This document shows positions 1 through 13,650 of a DNA stretch of 64,000 nucleotides, one piece after another. This DNA comes from Ophelia neglecta (lineage: Eukaryota). The first letter of the stretch is position 1. Each line of letters begins with the position of its first letter. Made by a program: the position numbers and the translations under genes. The stretch lies in the NCBI GenBank assembly GCA_965285935.1, contig OZ260661.1, positions 143,716,001 to 143,780,000 of the forward strand. Reading direction: 5' to 3'. Below the pieces are notes generated by a model that did no database searches, was not told the DNA's origin, and worked only from the letters and a program-made list of their open reading frames with translations.

Positions 1-3000
1 CCAGCTTGCAATGTGACTATGACTGTTGATCCTTTTGTTCCTTTACGAGACCTAATCTCTCATCATCACATCATTGTGGACAAATATTGCTGTGAAGAGA
101 GTACAGCTTTTCATTTAAGTCTCTGGACGCCAATGGAACTTTCCTGGGTGGAAGCAGAAGAACGCTGTGTATCTGTTGGTGGTCATTTGCCGATTGCATC
201 GACACCAAAGGAAATGACCATATTGGAAAATATCATTTTGGGGGCCAGATTTGATACCAACCGATTGCCATTCCCTAATCCATCACGATTAAATCCACGA
301 ATAGGCACATTTATTGGTCTTAACGCATCGGCGGTAAGTGCTTTATGGTAAACTCCGTGGATATAGTGACTTAATCATTTCTGTAATTATCGTTGTGTGC
401 AACACCTTCTAAACTCTTAAGCTCCCACATATTGAATGATTAAATTGTAGTTTTAAAATTAGCCTAGGAGTTATCTGTGGTTCTTGCAAGGCCCAAGTTA
501 TGTATCATCAGACCGTTTTTCTTGAAGTCAAGGGAGGTAGAGGCTCTAATATAGGTTCTCAACCAGGCAGGATATTATGATTTCGTAGTCCTTCAAGACA
601 GTGTTTTCATATTTATTAGTAATACATTTTGAATAAACCAAAGTAGGAAATTGGTTTGCATTTCAGATGCGTTGGGTAACTGGACAAAATGCCATTATTG
701 GCAACGTCGTTTCTTTCTCCGGAGAGGACCAGTCAACTCTTTTAAACAAGCAAGAGCATCACGACGAGGATGATATGTGTGTTTTTGCTGAAAGTGAGTA
801 TCGTGTGACTATTTATAACAGGAACAATTTTCGGTGGCACAGGGTTCCATGCAAGCAACCTAAATTGACTCGACAGTTAATTTGTCAGAAATGGCCTGAT
901 AGTGAACATAGATATAGTCTGGACAGCCACCTACTGATTTATATCGACGCCATGTTTATGGCATTGCCATTACTGGACCCTAGTTGTGATGACGGGGTAG
1001 AGATTGCAGGATGGACTAATAGAGGATACTTCGACTGTGGTACTAAGACTTTGAATGTACCTACATATTTAAATGAGATAACTTTGGTTCGTTTAGCTAA
1101 AGCCGTTGATAGTCTGCTACGCCCTGTTTGTTATGTTATCACAGGCGTAGTCCCGGTTTGTTTTAATTATATAACAAACATACAAAAAGATAAGGGTGAA
1201 AGTGATTTGCTTTCTGTCATTTTTGTGAACCAAAGCTTGGTACAAGGTCCTTTTGTTTGTAGACCAGAGAGATTAGCACATAACAACAAGTGTCTAAAGC
1301 CTACCTTCGAAAATGTCCTCCATTCACGCTTAAAACCTGATAAACAATTTCATAATGAAAAATATATTTTAGACATTTATGAGTCCATAAAGAAACTACA
1401 ATATTTGGGATTTTGCGACTGGACGGTATTTTTCAGCGGAAAATCATTGGCAAGCACTGTAACAAATCCTCAGAGATGCTCAAACGTTCTTAATATAACA
1501 CTGATCGTTGAACAGGCAACTGCACCAGAACACGTCGGGTGTGAGGAATATCAAACTACTTGCAAGGAGGGAACATGCATATCTGATTGGGCATTAATTG
1601 ACGGAGAAAAAGATTGTAATGATGGGTCAGACGAGTACTTGAGCATGTTCCTTATTAATGTTTCTTGTGATATTGATATTTTACAGTCACTATGTCTCTG
1701 TGCCGCACAATATTTCAAGTGTTTGTCTGGGGGATGTGTCCCCTGGTACAGGGTCTGTGACACTAGGAGTGACTGTCTTAATCAGGAGGACGAAAGGATC
1801 TGTGTGGAACCCTTGCTCTCAAAACCTCTACCGCGGCTTTACATTGATATGTTAAAACAGGCGGTAGAGTTTCCCATAGCTGCCTCTTCCTTTCAGGGTG
1901 AACCGTTTTGTAATAAGGGGAAAACGGTCTGTAATGAGGGAAAATCGGTTTGTAGTGATTTATTTTTATGCCGGGCAAGCAACACATGTATACCGATGGA
2001 ATGGGTGGATGATCAGTTTCCTAACTGTCAGCGGGGGGAAATATTCATTGCTGAAGATGAGCGATTCATTTGGCACGTTGATAATCCTATGGCTTTACTT
2101 AATTGTAGTGATCCTACCCACATTCCTTGTTCAAACCCTCCGTCGAAGTGTTTTCCATTAAATAAGCTATGCATTTATGAATTGACTCCATACGGTAAAG
2201 TCAAGTTCTGTAGAAATGGTGATCACTTGAAAGTTTGCAGCAAGTTCCAGTGCCCAGGGCGCTTTAAATGTCCTGACTCATACTGCCTGCCCTTGCACCT
2301 AGTTTGTGATGGTGAAAACCAGTGCTATGGAGGGGAAGATGAACAAGGTTGTCCTCCTGGCGGACAATATCTAAACTGCCCTGGCTTCTTTCGGTGTAAA
2401 GGAGGCTCTTGTCTGCCACAGAGTAGTGTATGTGATGGTAACGTCAATTGCCCCTTGTATGGCGATGATGAGTTTTTCTGTAGTTTGACCCTGTGTCATG
2501 AAGGGTGTGTTTGTAGATGGATGACTGTAACATGCCTTAACTCGACCATTCACGAGATCATAGCTAAAAACATAAAATCAGTTAGTATTCATGGAAACGG
2601 AGTTGTATTTCCCAAGATTTTAGCTGGTGGTTATGTTGTTTCTGTCAATCTATCCCGCAACTCCTTTGTTGTTATTTTGGAATATGCATTTTCGTTCCTT
2701 ACCAATGTGGCTATCATTGACATTTCGAACAATAGAATTGAGCTGATCAAGACCGGATCATTTGACAGCCTTATAAATCTGAGGAAGATTTACTTAGAAG
2801 GAAATCAGGTCAAAGAAATAGAGCCCTTTGCCTTTTTCAATTTGGGCAGGTTAACAAGTCTCATATTCCGCGGTATGAACTTGCAACATATAAAGCCTGA
2901 TTCATTTTACAATATTTCATCGGTCAGGGTGATTGATTTCTCTTCTAATAAAATTATATCATATGACTTCTCTATATTCAAGAACTTTCCCAACTTAGAG

Positions 3001-3999
3001 AGAGTCATTCTGACTGATAACCCCTTGGCAATAGTGTATCATCTAGAAGTCTTAAATGTCACAATTGACACGGATGTTGGTTATTTTTGTTGCCTTTTTG
3101 AAAGCAGCCGTTGTGCTAAGTTGCCACTCATAAGTTGTCTTTGTTCAAGCAGTCTTTCTAATATTAATCTTTTATGTGCAAATATATATGCATTTTGTCT
3201 GATTGTCTTAAATGGTGTTGTTTTCAAACTGAGAATTGATAAGGTTTCACCAGTAGGTAAGCAATGTGTTTTTATAAACATAACCGGTATTGCTTACGGT
3301 ATATACATTCAAATCACGACTCTCCGAGAATTATTATTCGATTTTGAGGCAATTCATTATCAATACGGTTCCCGGCATATGTGGTGCATTGTCGCGGCTT
3401 ACATCCAATATTTAGTCACTTGCGGCTCTTGTGCGCTAAAGGCTATTCCTTTATTTTCTCTTTATCAGAGAACCAAACACCTCAAATCAGCCATTCATAT
3501 GTTGGATACTTACACGAAGAAGGGTGTTGGTATCTTATGGATTGTTACTTTGTTCATGGTTGTCGGGGTTTATATCTGGGGTGTATATTCTGGGTCGGAT
3601 CCAAATCCGTCGGAGCTATGCTCCTTCTTTTTCCCTGCTACCGTCCCAAGGCACCCAGGTATAGCGTTGCTATCCTATTTTCTGATATTATTCATAATAT
3701 CGGTATCTGTTTCCTTTTGTTTGCTTTGGCAAATATATAAACGTATGAATGAGTCTTCATTGCTGTTAAAGGCGACAGGTGGGAAAGTATCAAAGCAGAC
3801 ATCCAATCCTTTTCGTGGAATCCTAATAAAGACAACGGTTGACTTCATCTTATTAATGCCATTGGCAATCGTATGTATTCTATCTCTAGTTAACATTTAT
3901 ATTCCTATTAATTACGGTCATGTTCTCAGTACTTATACTGCTCCGACGTTTTGGCTGGTGAATTTGATTTTGTATTTGATCAAATATTTCAAAGCATAA
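1..3999 (+). CDS. GRL101-like receptor (C-type lectin, LDLa repeats, LRRs, divergent 7TM), 5' part outside window; exons <1-333 and 667-3999
   Basis: Donor GCG|GTAAGT at 334 and acceptor TTTCAG|ATG at 666 join in phase 0 and rebuild a C-type lectin-like domain (SWVEAEERC..GGHL..FIGL|MRW..CV..WHRVPC..ICQ). About five LDLa repeats follow (e.g. CLSGGCVPWYRVCDTRSDC..EDE), then an LRR N-cap (CHEGCVC), LxxLxLxxN repeats, a YFCC hinge and seven hydrophobic segments. The ORF is uninterrupted to the stop at 3999. Confidence 0.9.
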
Positions 4000-4239
4000 A
4001 TCATACAATTTGGCTTGGAAAGTGAAAACATGAATTATATGACGATTTCATAATACTTTATAATATTATAATTTGTATGCTAAAAAAATGATCAAAAATG
4101 GCATACACATTACGGAAACAGTTGTTAGTATGGTGGTTTACCAACCACAAAACGGCGCCTATACAGATACCTTGGTATCAGCATGATTATGTGATTTGTA
4201 ATGTACAAAGCCCCTTATTAGCCAAATCCTACAATTCTG

Positions 4240-4430
4240 GCAAATCATTCAGGCAGTAACAGCTTGTCCTAAAGCTCACCTCCGGCATAGCAAATCATAC
4301 AGCTAGTGTTAGGTTTCGCTAGTAACCTTCCCCGCTGCATGGAAATCATACAGGCATTATTTCTTGTCTTAGAACTCATTTCCCGCTATGAGACAATATT
4401 AGCGTGTCTTAGGACTCACCACGAATTTCG
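4240..4430. repeat. Degenerate ~50-bp tandem repeat 3' of the receptor gene
   Basis: Recurring (c)aaatcatacagg...cttgtc(c/t)ta..actca(c/t) units; similar units occur at about 13660-13765. Confidence 0.55.
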
Positions 4431-4659
4431 CGAAAATACAATTATCTCAAAATGTCTATTATGATAAGTCCCTACATATCCCCTACTTTCCACGATGGTA
4501 CGTCCCTACATATCCCCTACTCTTCATTATGCCATGTCCCAAATTATTCCTTACTTTACAATACGCTTTGTCCCCACATATCTCATATTTTATATTATGC
4601 TATGTCCCTTCATAAGCTTCAACTTTCCATAGCAAACCACTCCCTATACCTACTCATGG

Positions 4660-5340
4660 ATGGAGATGAGGTTACGTGAGAACAAGCAGGATTGTTAGTC
4701 AGAGAGAATTTATATGATTTACAATTTGAGCTTTTTGGTAAGGCCGCGTGGTCAAATGAAAGTTTGAAAAAGTTACTTGGAACATATGCTGATGAATATT
4801 TTGATGAAGGTCACCTCATTGCAAAATAAACTAATTCACTCATGTATGACCTGGCGAGTAAATCTTCAGATCGTGTAACAAAGATATTCCATAATGAACA
4901 GGGTGTATGGTGCATAGAAGAATCGCAAATGTTATTGGATCGTGATTTCCAACCGGCAAAGAAAGCCACACCTAAGATGAGTGATTTTCCTGATCTTAAG
5001 AAATAAGTAGTCGACCTCAGCATTCAGCAATGTAAGTAGGAGTAATAGCTACAGTGGAAGCAAGGTAAAACTAACATATCGTTACTTGAGGACCTACATG
5101 CCATATTTTCTCCAAAGCTGGAGCTTGAACACATTTCTATAGAGAGAGTTCATAGAACTCTAAATAAGGAAGATTCCCCGGAACAAAGCACATAGTAAGC
5201 ACATTTGTTCATGCCAAGGCGGATAAATGCATCGACAGAGAAACTATCGTAAAAATGCATCAAAAGCCTGCAAAGACAATGGCCTGTAAATTACTGGTGA
5301 CATTGAGCCAACTTCAAGGAAGGGAGAAGCATTGGTAAAA
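4660..5340 (+). mobile_element. Decayed 5' end and ORF1 of a CR1/L2-group LINE
   Basis: Resembles the reverse complement of the 27.5-28.5 kb LINE 5' region (gtgagaaca; gtagtcgacctcagc; atagagagagttcatagaac = IERVHR); many stops. Confidence 0.65.
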
Positions 5341-5344
5341 GTGT

Positions 5345-5860
5345 AAACATTTGGTTTAAACATATTTATTTACAACGTGATTTTTATAATAGTAAATGCT
5401 AACAAAGCGTAAGTATCACGTAAAAAACAACATTAATGATTAAATTACAGCTATAACGTGCGCCAACAGTATAAGAACAAATGTTGCATGCATCGACAGG
5501 TGCGATAAAGAATGGATGAAGGTATGTATCTTAATTTAAGCATCTATTTTGTTAACACCAATGCTGTGAAAATAATATGACAAACGAAGCAAAGATGATT
5601 TAGACTATATGTAAAAGTGTGAATCGATGACGTGTAGAACGCGAGGTGTGAGGCAAGGCTAGAAAGAGGTTTTGGAGATACTGAGGTGAGTGGCCATGGT
5701 ATATACTATAAAATTAACAGAGTAAGACCGACGGGAGGCAAGAGCATTCCAACCTAATACATCCAGAAGAATATTATGAGAAGTTTCCTTCCTGGCTCCG
5801 GAAACAATAGAAGCTGCTTCAGTATTACGTTTTTCAAGCACGTTCGACATGTAAACATTC
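5345..5860 (-). mobile_element. 3' fragment of an L2/CR1-like LINE
   Basis: Peptide EAASIVSGARKETSHNILLDVLGWNALASRR resembles a LINE ORF2 C-terminus; 3' end aaataaatatgtttaaacc on the minus strand. Confidence 0.6.
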
Positions 5861-6599
5861 AGACAGCAGGGTAAGCTGGCCTATGTGCCGTTCTCAGTAC
5901 CTTGTATTCTTCTGTACAAGGATAGCTAGCTCCTGGTCAACTAAAGACTTTAAAATGTTCAGAGGATGAGAGAAAGTATTGTTTTCTAGGCAATACCTGC
6001 ATTTAGTGGATTAAGCCCCCCCCCCCCCCTCCCACGCAGTATAGGGTTTGTAACTGTAGTCACCCAGGTATGGAAATCAGCGTGCACATGTCTGATCGCT
6101 AGGTAAATACCAATTAGTAAGTGATACCAGAGCTGTGACAGCGTGTAACTGTACTTGAACTAACTGTCAATTTGACACCTGGCCTAGTTTACGTGCCACT
6201 TGATGTATAGGAACAGGCATAGCCTAACATTTGCCTTTTCACTATTTAATTATACAGCTGCGCTCTTGCTGACACTTATATCTCTATTCATATCGTTTTT
6301 TGCAGATTGGGTGTGTGTGTAACTTGTTTTTGATGTGTGAATTTCTATTACTATATCAAATGAATTTCTATTGCATACTATATATATCGTGTTTTAATGG
6401 TCTTTTGAGCAGGTATTCCACATATATCCATTGTGGATGCCCTTAAAGTGTATCATATGTGGGTGCACAGTTCTACCTCTCTCTTAACAACTTGTTTTGT
6501 GTTGCCTACACATGTCAAATGCTGTGGTGTATAACACCGACCAATTGTACACAAAGAAACCAATAACTAGCTATGTTTAACTTGCTCGCCTTAAATATT

Positions 6600-9070
6600 C
6601 CAGTATAACTACTCTTCTAGAATAAGTCAAGACAAGGTGATTAACCAGAGAGGTAGAGTTCTAATTGACTTCTGCATTGGCAGTCCATTGCGTATTGTAT
6701 ATGGACGAACTGGCGTTGACGCTGGAGTAGGTGGTTGTACATTGATGAACTCAATGGGTAACCTAGTGAACGATTATATAGAAGAGGATGAAATATTACT
6801 GGGTGTTATTACTCAAATTCAAACCTGACAGCTTGGTGTCAGATCATCGCCAGTTGTGTATAAAGTTTATGTTGCTAACTTCAAATGTCACTAAAGAACA
6901 AAGTGATGGCAACGATAAGTTAGCTCGAAAGAGTATATTGGAATGAATCCGAAGTAGATTTTTATATGGCAGGGGTTAACAACGGTTATAGGAGTTAGAA
7001 GAATGTGTTAAATGCTAATGTTGATGTACAAGTTAAGGCGCAGATGTATGGTGATATACTTTATTCAGTGGGTAAAAAACACTCGACTGGAAGCAATGAA
7101 ACCCAAAACAGTAAGAATATCACCCTGCCAGATCTGATGTGTAATGACTGTAATTTAATTGTATTGTATAAAATACCAGGGATGCGTAAAGCATTGTTAA
7201 ACGACAGGAATAGTTATCACAAACATTCGAAATTATGTAAACAAGAGCATACTTCTGCTAAAACTGATGAATAACTGAAAATAAGCCCCAGGGAAACTAG
7301 AAAATACTGGGACATGTTGAAGGGTGTGAAAACAATGGATTATCCTAAAGTTGAGTTGAACTCATTCTATGACTATTTTAATAAACTTCACCAACCAAAT
7401 GACCCAAAACTGTATGAAATAAGTGTCAATGGAGAAACCTTTCTGTCTGAACACGTCCAAAGTGACCCGGTGTTTCTGGACCAGGATAGAGAAATATCGC
7501 TCGAAGACATTGATAAGTGTACTCAAAAGCTAAAGACAGAAAAATGTCCTGGTCCTAATGGTGTCATGAATGAACAGATCAAGTATTGTAATGAAACTCG
7601 TTAACCCCTATTGAAATTTTCAACGACATTTTTGAAACCGGTGTATATCTAGAGTCATGGAACACTAGTCACCAATCGCCTATATTCAAAGTAGTGCTAC
7701 AGACCCTAACAATTACAGGGGCATCTCATTGCCAAGTTGTATATCAAAATGTTGGCTGTTCTGAATCGGCAGACGCGCGAACGGCGAACGTGGACCTCCA
7801 AAATTTGTAGCATTATGGTAAGGCCTATGGTAACTGCTACAGCGATACGCTCACATCCTGCACAGCTGGATTAGTCTGGAAGTTGAGATAATCACACCTT
7901 GAATGTCAACTAATTGTAGGCCTCGTAATATATGTTAAAAGCTTGGCAGCATTATTTCCGTAATCGATAACCACCGGCACAACCAAAGCGGGATTACCCA
8001 AATCGGCCACGGACAAAATCGGCCATGCCGACACTATATATATGTTTCTATTTGCGGCAGCTAGGCCTGAGTCGGAAGTGTCTAAGGGATTAAAATATCT
8101 ATCCAAAGGCGACCCACAAAAGTTAAATGATTAATGGTTTATAATAATTATGGGTGACAAATCATCGGAGGTGAGGGGGTCCATCCAATACTTGGTGGCA
8201 CCACCTGTTCTGATTGGGGGTTACGAAATTATTAACATTAATTAACTATATTTGGGGAAGGAGAAATGTAGCACCATCAGGTATATATGAAATATGCAAT
8301 CCCATAGTTGTCCAATTATTTTAGTGGGAATCGCATGCCTAATAATGCAGCTTCATCCATCATCATTTAGGGGGTTAATTAGTGATTTGATACAAGAAGG
8401 ATTTTAGGGGGAAAGTCTTCTTGACCCCCCCCCCCCTCCATCAAATCACTAGTCCATCCCTGCTGGTTTTAGCGACTAGCCCCCCCCCCCCTCCATCATT
8501 AATGTGATTAATTGCCAGTCAGTGATTGCTTTATAATTTCGTGGCAGTCCCCACTGTCATTACATGATAGGCCTCCTATATTATTTGTCAATGCCAGAGA
8601 TTACAAGTCCCCCATCTTCGTAGTCGCCCTACATATTTTATTTGTATTATCTGAGTTTAGAAAGCACTGTGACATGGGAATGAGAAATAATATATATATA
8701 TATATCTTTTAAAATTCTCGCGATCTATCTGGCGGTAAAATAACCACAACGTGTCCCGCCATGATTGGTGTTGCATACTTAGTGTGACACTCCACGGCAA
8801 TGTAGTAAAAAATCACAACACAATAACTGTGAAAATAACCTCGAGCGACTTGGCACACGAGCGAGTTGTGGCCCGCGCGAGTTAGCACCCGCGCGAGTTG
8901 ACTGGACACCAGTCGGGTCAGTCTCCTGACAGCGCCAGAGTTCATACCGTAATGCTACAAATTTTGGAGGTCCGCGTTCGCCGTTCGCGCGTCTGCAGAT
9001 TCAGAACAGCCCAAAATGTTCACGAAAATTCTGAACGATAGATTGAGTGTATGGGCGGAAGAAAACCAGT
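6600..9070 (+). mobile_element. Decayed LINE ORF2 (endonuclease to start of RT), interrupted by a TIR element
   Basis: INQRGRVLIDFC..LRIVYGR..G (APE endonuclease), KLKTEKCPGPNG..NE, and NYRGISL..C; the reading resumes after 9020 (FTKILNDRLSVWAEENQ). Confidence 0.75.
7754..9011. mobile_element. Non-autonomous DNA transposon (MITE-like), 67-bp TIRs, 9-bp TSD; MULE-like
   Basis: TIRs 7754-7820 and 8945-9011 (GGCTGTTCTGAATC...; 3 mismatches in 67); TSD CAAAATGTT at 7745-7753 and 9012-9020; no transposase ORF. Confidence 0.92.
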
Positions 9071-9439
9071 TATATATAAGCAGGTTCCTCCTTAGAATGT
9101 ATCATCTCTCTATGAAACAGAGACGTGGTCAAGGCCCAAAATACGCCCGGAACACAGATGTTGTGTTGCGTGTAGAGAATTGAAGCTGAAATTAATTTCC
9201 TTTTAGTGTGCCCATGCCAACTATGCAGTAGTCTATGGGAACATAATTTATCTTGCTGTGAATTTGAAGGTAGCCCAGAAATGTTTTTTGTTAAGATATT
9301 TAATGAAGGCAACAGTTGACTATTGAAAAATGTACCTGTGTATATCGGAAAGCCATTTATGCTCCACACAATACTGTTGTAAATTCGGGTAACTCCCTTA
9401 TTTTATATTATATATATTACAGGATTAACATTATATATA

Positions 9440-10330
9440 TTATATGATAAAAATTTGTCTTTGTTTTTATCGTATTATTGCAAATATGAACGCTAAAAAT
9501 TGTATTATTTGTAATAAACTATGTCTAATAAGTGTTAACTATCAAACTTCAACTAATCTTGTTTCTCTCTGTTTCATACAAATATCAAAAGCTTCCCTAG
9601 CAATCGTACACAATTTGAAACATATTTTAATAATCTGAATTTTTAATTGTTACATGGTTCAATTTAACTCAGTTGATCTTTATATTTTCCGAATTACTCG
9701 GCCATTGATAGTCACATAAAAGATAGGGCAAATGATATTTGTTGAGAAATAGCCTATCAAGCATCAGGAGGCATATTCTGTTTTCAATAAAACATGTTTA
9801 TCTTATTATGAAGCACATTTCCCTTACGTTACTTAAGAATCAATGTAAAGAAATCGAAAACCCTGGCTAATTGAAGTTTTAAAAAAGTCAATAAAACTAC
9901 AAATAAGCTTTATTATTGACTATGAACAGTTCACATTTAGAACCGTCTTATAAAATATATAAAGATATTTTGCTGTCTTTACTTTGTAACTGTGTAACAT
10001 AATAAAAACCTGGAAAAAGCTCCTGTATATTTGTAACTTGTCTTTAAATCGACAATATTTTCTGATTAGATTCATACCCATATTCAAGAGCGGTGATCCG
10101 ATGAAGTTTATGAATTATCGTCCTGTTTCTCTCCTTCTGGTGTTTTCTAAACAAAATAAATTATGTCTCCCTGACTTTCTCAACAATACTAATGTGCCTA
10201 TTGATCACCAAGTGGGTTTGCGCGAGAAATCTTCTACTAATATGGCCCTTATTTTACTTCAAATTGGCGACTATGTCTTGGCACTGTATCTCGACAAATC
10301 AAAGGCCTTCGATACATACGACCATACATA
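9440..10330 (+). mobile_element. Decayed CR1/L2-like LINE ORF2 fragment
   Basis: PIFKSGDP..NYRPVSLL..FSK, HQVGLREKSST..AL and LYLDKSKAFDT RT motifs. Confidence 0.8.
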
Positions 10331-12399
10331 TTGTGTTGATTCTTGGGGTAATACATTTGACTCGTACTTACATCAACTGAATATTCAACTAATATTTTAC
10401 CTCTGGTACAAATATACAAGTTAAGATTAGGTGTATTCATGTATATTCACGGATTAATTCCTTTTTCCATTAAACTGTGTGTTTTGGGTGTCTGTGTTTG
10501 ATATCCATTATTAACTTTTTCTTTATTTCTATTTTTTTAGGTTTTACCATTCAGTACCAATACATATGCTAGAACCAATACAGATGCTAATACACTAAGG
10601 CCAGTATTATTATCAAATTATGTTTAATATATGTGGGGACCAATAAGCAATGTATGCTTCATCCTCCACTTTTGTCAAATTCTTATTATTTTTTTACCTC
10701 TATTTATATAAAGTCTGCGTATAGAAGATTTGCATTTCATGAATGTTATGGCGATTAAACAATTAACCATTCACTCTGCCACGAAATGTCCAGTCAAAAA
10801 TATATAAAATGTGATTTACCAAATCTTCTCGAAAACACATTACATTAGGTCAAAATAAATGTGTATCCCGTGCGATATGACAATTGTAAAAGGATAGCCA
10901 AAAACCTCGCTTTTGCTCAAATTTATTTTTTATTATATTACATCACATCACAGCTTTTCATACCACATCACAATTGACATATACATACACATATACATTC
11001 ACATACGTACACTTTGCTACAGTAACATTTCAATATGGTAAACGTACAGGAAACAAAAACATTTCAGGCACACGACAAAAAACGAATAAAAAAAACGAAT
11101 AAAAAAGACAACCAGAGACCATTAAACATGAGTTCTACATATTATGTCGCACCCAACATCAGCAGGTCAGGCGACCACACCCACACAAAAAGATAGTTAT
11201 TATACACGACACAAACTGCGAGAATTATAGATAGTGCTAATCAATTACCAATCCCCCCCCCCCATAGGTCCTCATAACTGTCAACCTGACCTTTCGAAAG
11301 CGCAATAAGTCTTTCGCATTTCAATTTAAAATTTAAGATATTGACACTATATTCTTTTGTTTGATACTTCACAAAAAATGACATTGCCCAATTCTCGTAT
11401 TTCATTCACTCCGTGTCTAAATTTCCATGTGATTAATTTTGTCTTGTCCATAAGTTCTGAGCTGAGTTTTGGCGTACATATCCTGCCAATAATGTTTCCC
11501 TTATAGGCCTTTAGATTTAATATTTGCGTTTAGTAATTTTCAGTGTCCAAGTTAGCACAAATTCTTACGCTAAGGGCTCTACCTGATGCTTTTCGGGGGC
11601 GCTGATGATACCCGGCACGACTATCTTGGACCAGTGGTGCCATTCTGTTTTTAGTATTTGCATGTACAAAAGCGATTCCTTCTTTATTTATGTCCGCTGC
11701 ATGAAACTTGCGCGATGGTTTTAGTAAAACCCAACCAACTCTTAAAACAAGTCAGCTTATTAATGTGAGGAGAAGCACTGAAGCTCGGCCCTAGGAGGTT
11801 CAGATGGAGTTAAAATATTCGTCAATCATCGTCAATATTCTGCCCTATCCTGCGCAACAAATTAGCTCGCAAACAAGATGTTTTGTATGGTCTTATCTAT
11901 CGGAGTGAAACACAAACCGGGGTGTGCAGTAATGTACTCGCGGAATCCTGGCAATAAGTCAGTGAAATATAACCCAAAACAGAGTAACATTAGCTTACTC
12001 TAGATTATTCGAATCATCATCCTTTGATTATACCGCCGTCATATGAACTGTTGTTCTTTGTGATTGGCATTTACATAACTGACTTCTTATTTGAACAGAT
12101 CCCCACAGACTTACTCACAAATGGTAAATATTCATCGTTTATTACGACCTAATAAAACATGGTGGCTTACAATAATAAGCCACATATTATTGATATCAAT
12201 ATGACTCTTTACAGAAAAGCCCATAGACGGGACTTTAATGTATCCGATGATTACTAGTCAATTTATCGAGGTCCATATCAATATTAGTATTGTGATTGAA
12301 TTGCGTAGACCTTTATCAGCATATTTATTTAGACGTCATCAATTTCTTATAAATCGTTGCAATCATATCTACAGAGTGTGGATTGAAACTTAAACAATG

Positions 12400-12790
12400 C
12401 AAATTAACACTGATAAAACAATTTACTACAATTTTATTTTAAGGATATGTGGGGTAAAACTTCTGATAATTACCTGAAGCCATTGGACACTCTACAAAAA
12501 AGATCTATTTGCATCATTGCTGGGTTAAAAAGATTGTGTCACACCACTAGTCGTCTATTCACAAAATTTAAAATCCCCACCCCACATTTATATATATAAT
12601 TAAAGGTACTTATATACTTAAAAACTTTAAATTTATATTCTTATAAAGTTTTCTTTTTTTTATGTTTTAATATTACCATGGACTACTTCCCTGTGCTTTC
12701 AAGTCTTTTTTTTTCTATGCATTCTGATAGCCACGCTTATCCCACTAGAAATGCTAGCATGTTTTGTATTCAAAAATTCAACTTACCTTT
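12400..12790 (+). mobile_element. Decayed LINE ORF2 3' fragment
   Basis: WG..YLKPLDTLQKRSICIIAG..HT..LF-like remnant typical of a CR1/L2 RT C-terminus. Confidence 0.55.
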
Positions 12791-13356
12791 TTATTTAATG
12801 CAGAAGGGGTCCCTAGTTTTTATCATATACATGTTGAAATAGTCCACTACACAGTTTAAATCTTTTGTATCATATACATGTTTAAATAGTCCACTACACA
12901 GTTTAAATCTTTTGTAAAGACAAACCTTCTTGTTGTGACACACGCCTAAGTTCTTTTGATCTTGTCCTTTTGCAATCTAGGTAGGTTGACGAGTCCCATA
13001 TTCCGTGGTATGAACTTGCAGCACATAACGAGTCGCTGCTCATACTTTGCAGTCTTTCTATATTCAACTTATATGTGCAAATGTATATGCGTTTTGTCTG
13101 ACTAGAACTAGAAAACAACTAGAAATGCTAGCATGTTCTGTATTCCAAAATTCAACTTACCTTTTTATTTAATGCAGTAGGGGGTCCCTAGTTTTTATCA
13201 CATACATGTTAATTTTTTTTAAATAGGTTGACGAGTCCCATATTCCGTGGTATGAACTTGCAGCACATAACGAGTCGCTGCTCATACTTTGTCTTTGTGC
13301 AGGCAGACTTTCTATATTCAACTTATATGTGCAAATACATATGCATTGTGTCTGAT
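12745..13356 (+). repeat. Local tandem duplication spanning a LINE scrap and a receptor fragment
   Basis: 12745-12836 is repeated at 13118-13210; 12982-13101 is repeated at 13225-13356; an internal ~45-bp duplication lies at 12822-12915. Confidence 0.85.
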
Positions 13357-13650
13357 TGTCTTAAATGGCGTTGTCTCAAACTAAGGAGCGACACCGTTTC
13401 ACCAGCAGGTAAGTAATGGGTTTTATAAACATAACCGGTATAGCTTTGGCTGTATTTATTCAAATTATGACTTTGCGTGATTTATCATTCGATTTTGAAA
13501 CAAATCATTTTCAAAACGGTTCCTGGCATATGTGGTGCATTGTCGCGGGTTGCTTTCAATCTTTAGTCACGTGCACGCCTTCAGCGCTAACGGTTATTCT
13601 CATAAACTCCCTTTATAAGAGAACCAAAATCCTCAAATCCGCCATCAAAT
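12982..13650 (+). pseudogene. Fragmentary third copy of the GRL101-like receptor (LRR end plus TM1-3)
   Basis: IFRGMNLQHI and FINITGIALAVFIQIMTLRDLSFDFE..GSWHMWCIVAG..LYKRTKILKSAI match the copy-1 protein; deletions and frameshifts present. Confidence 0.9.
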
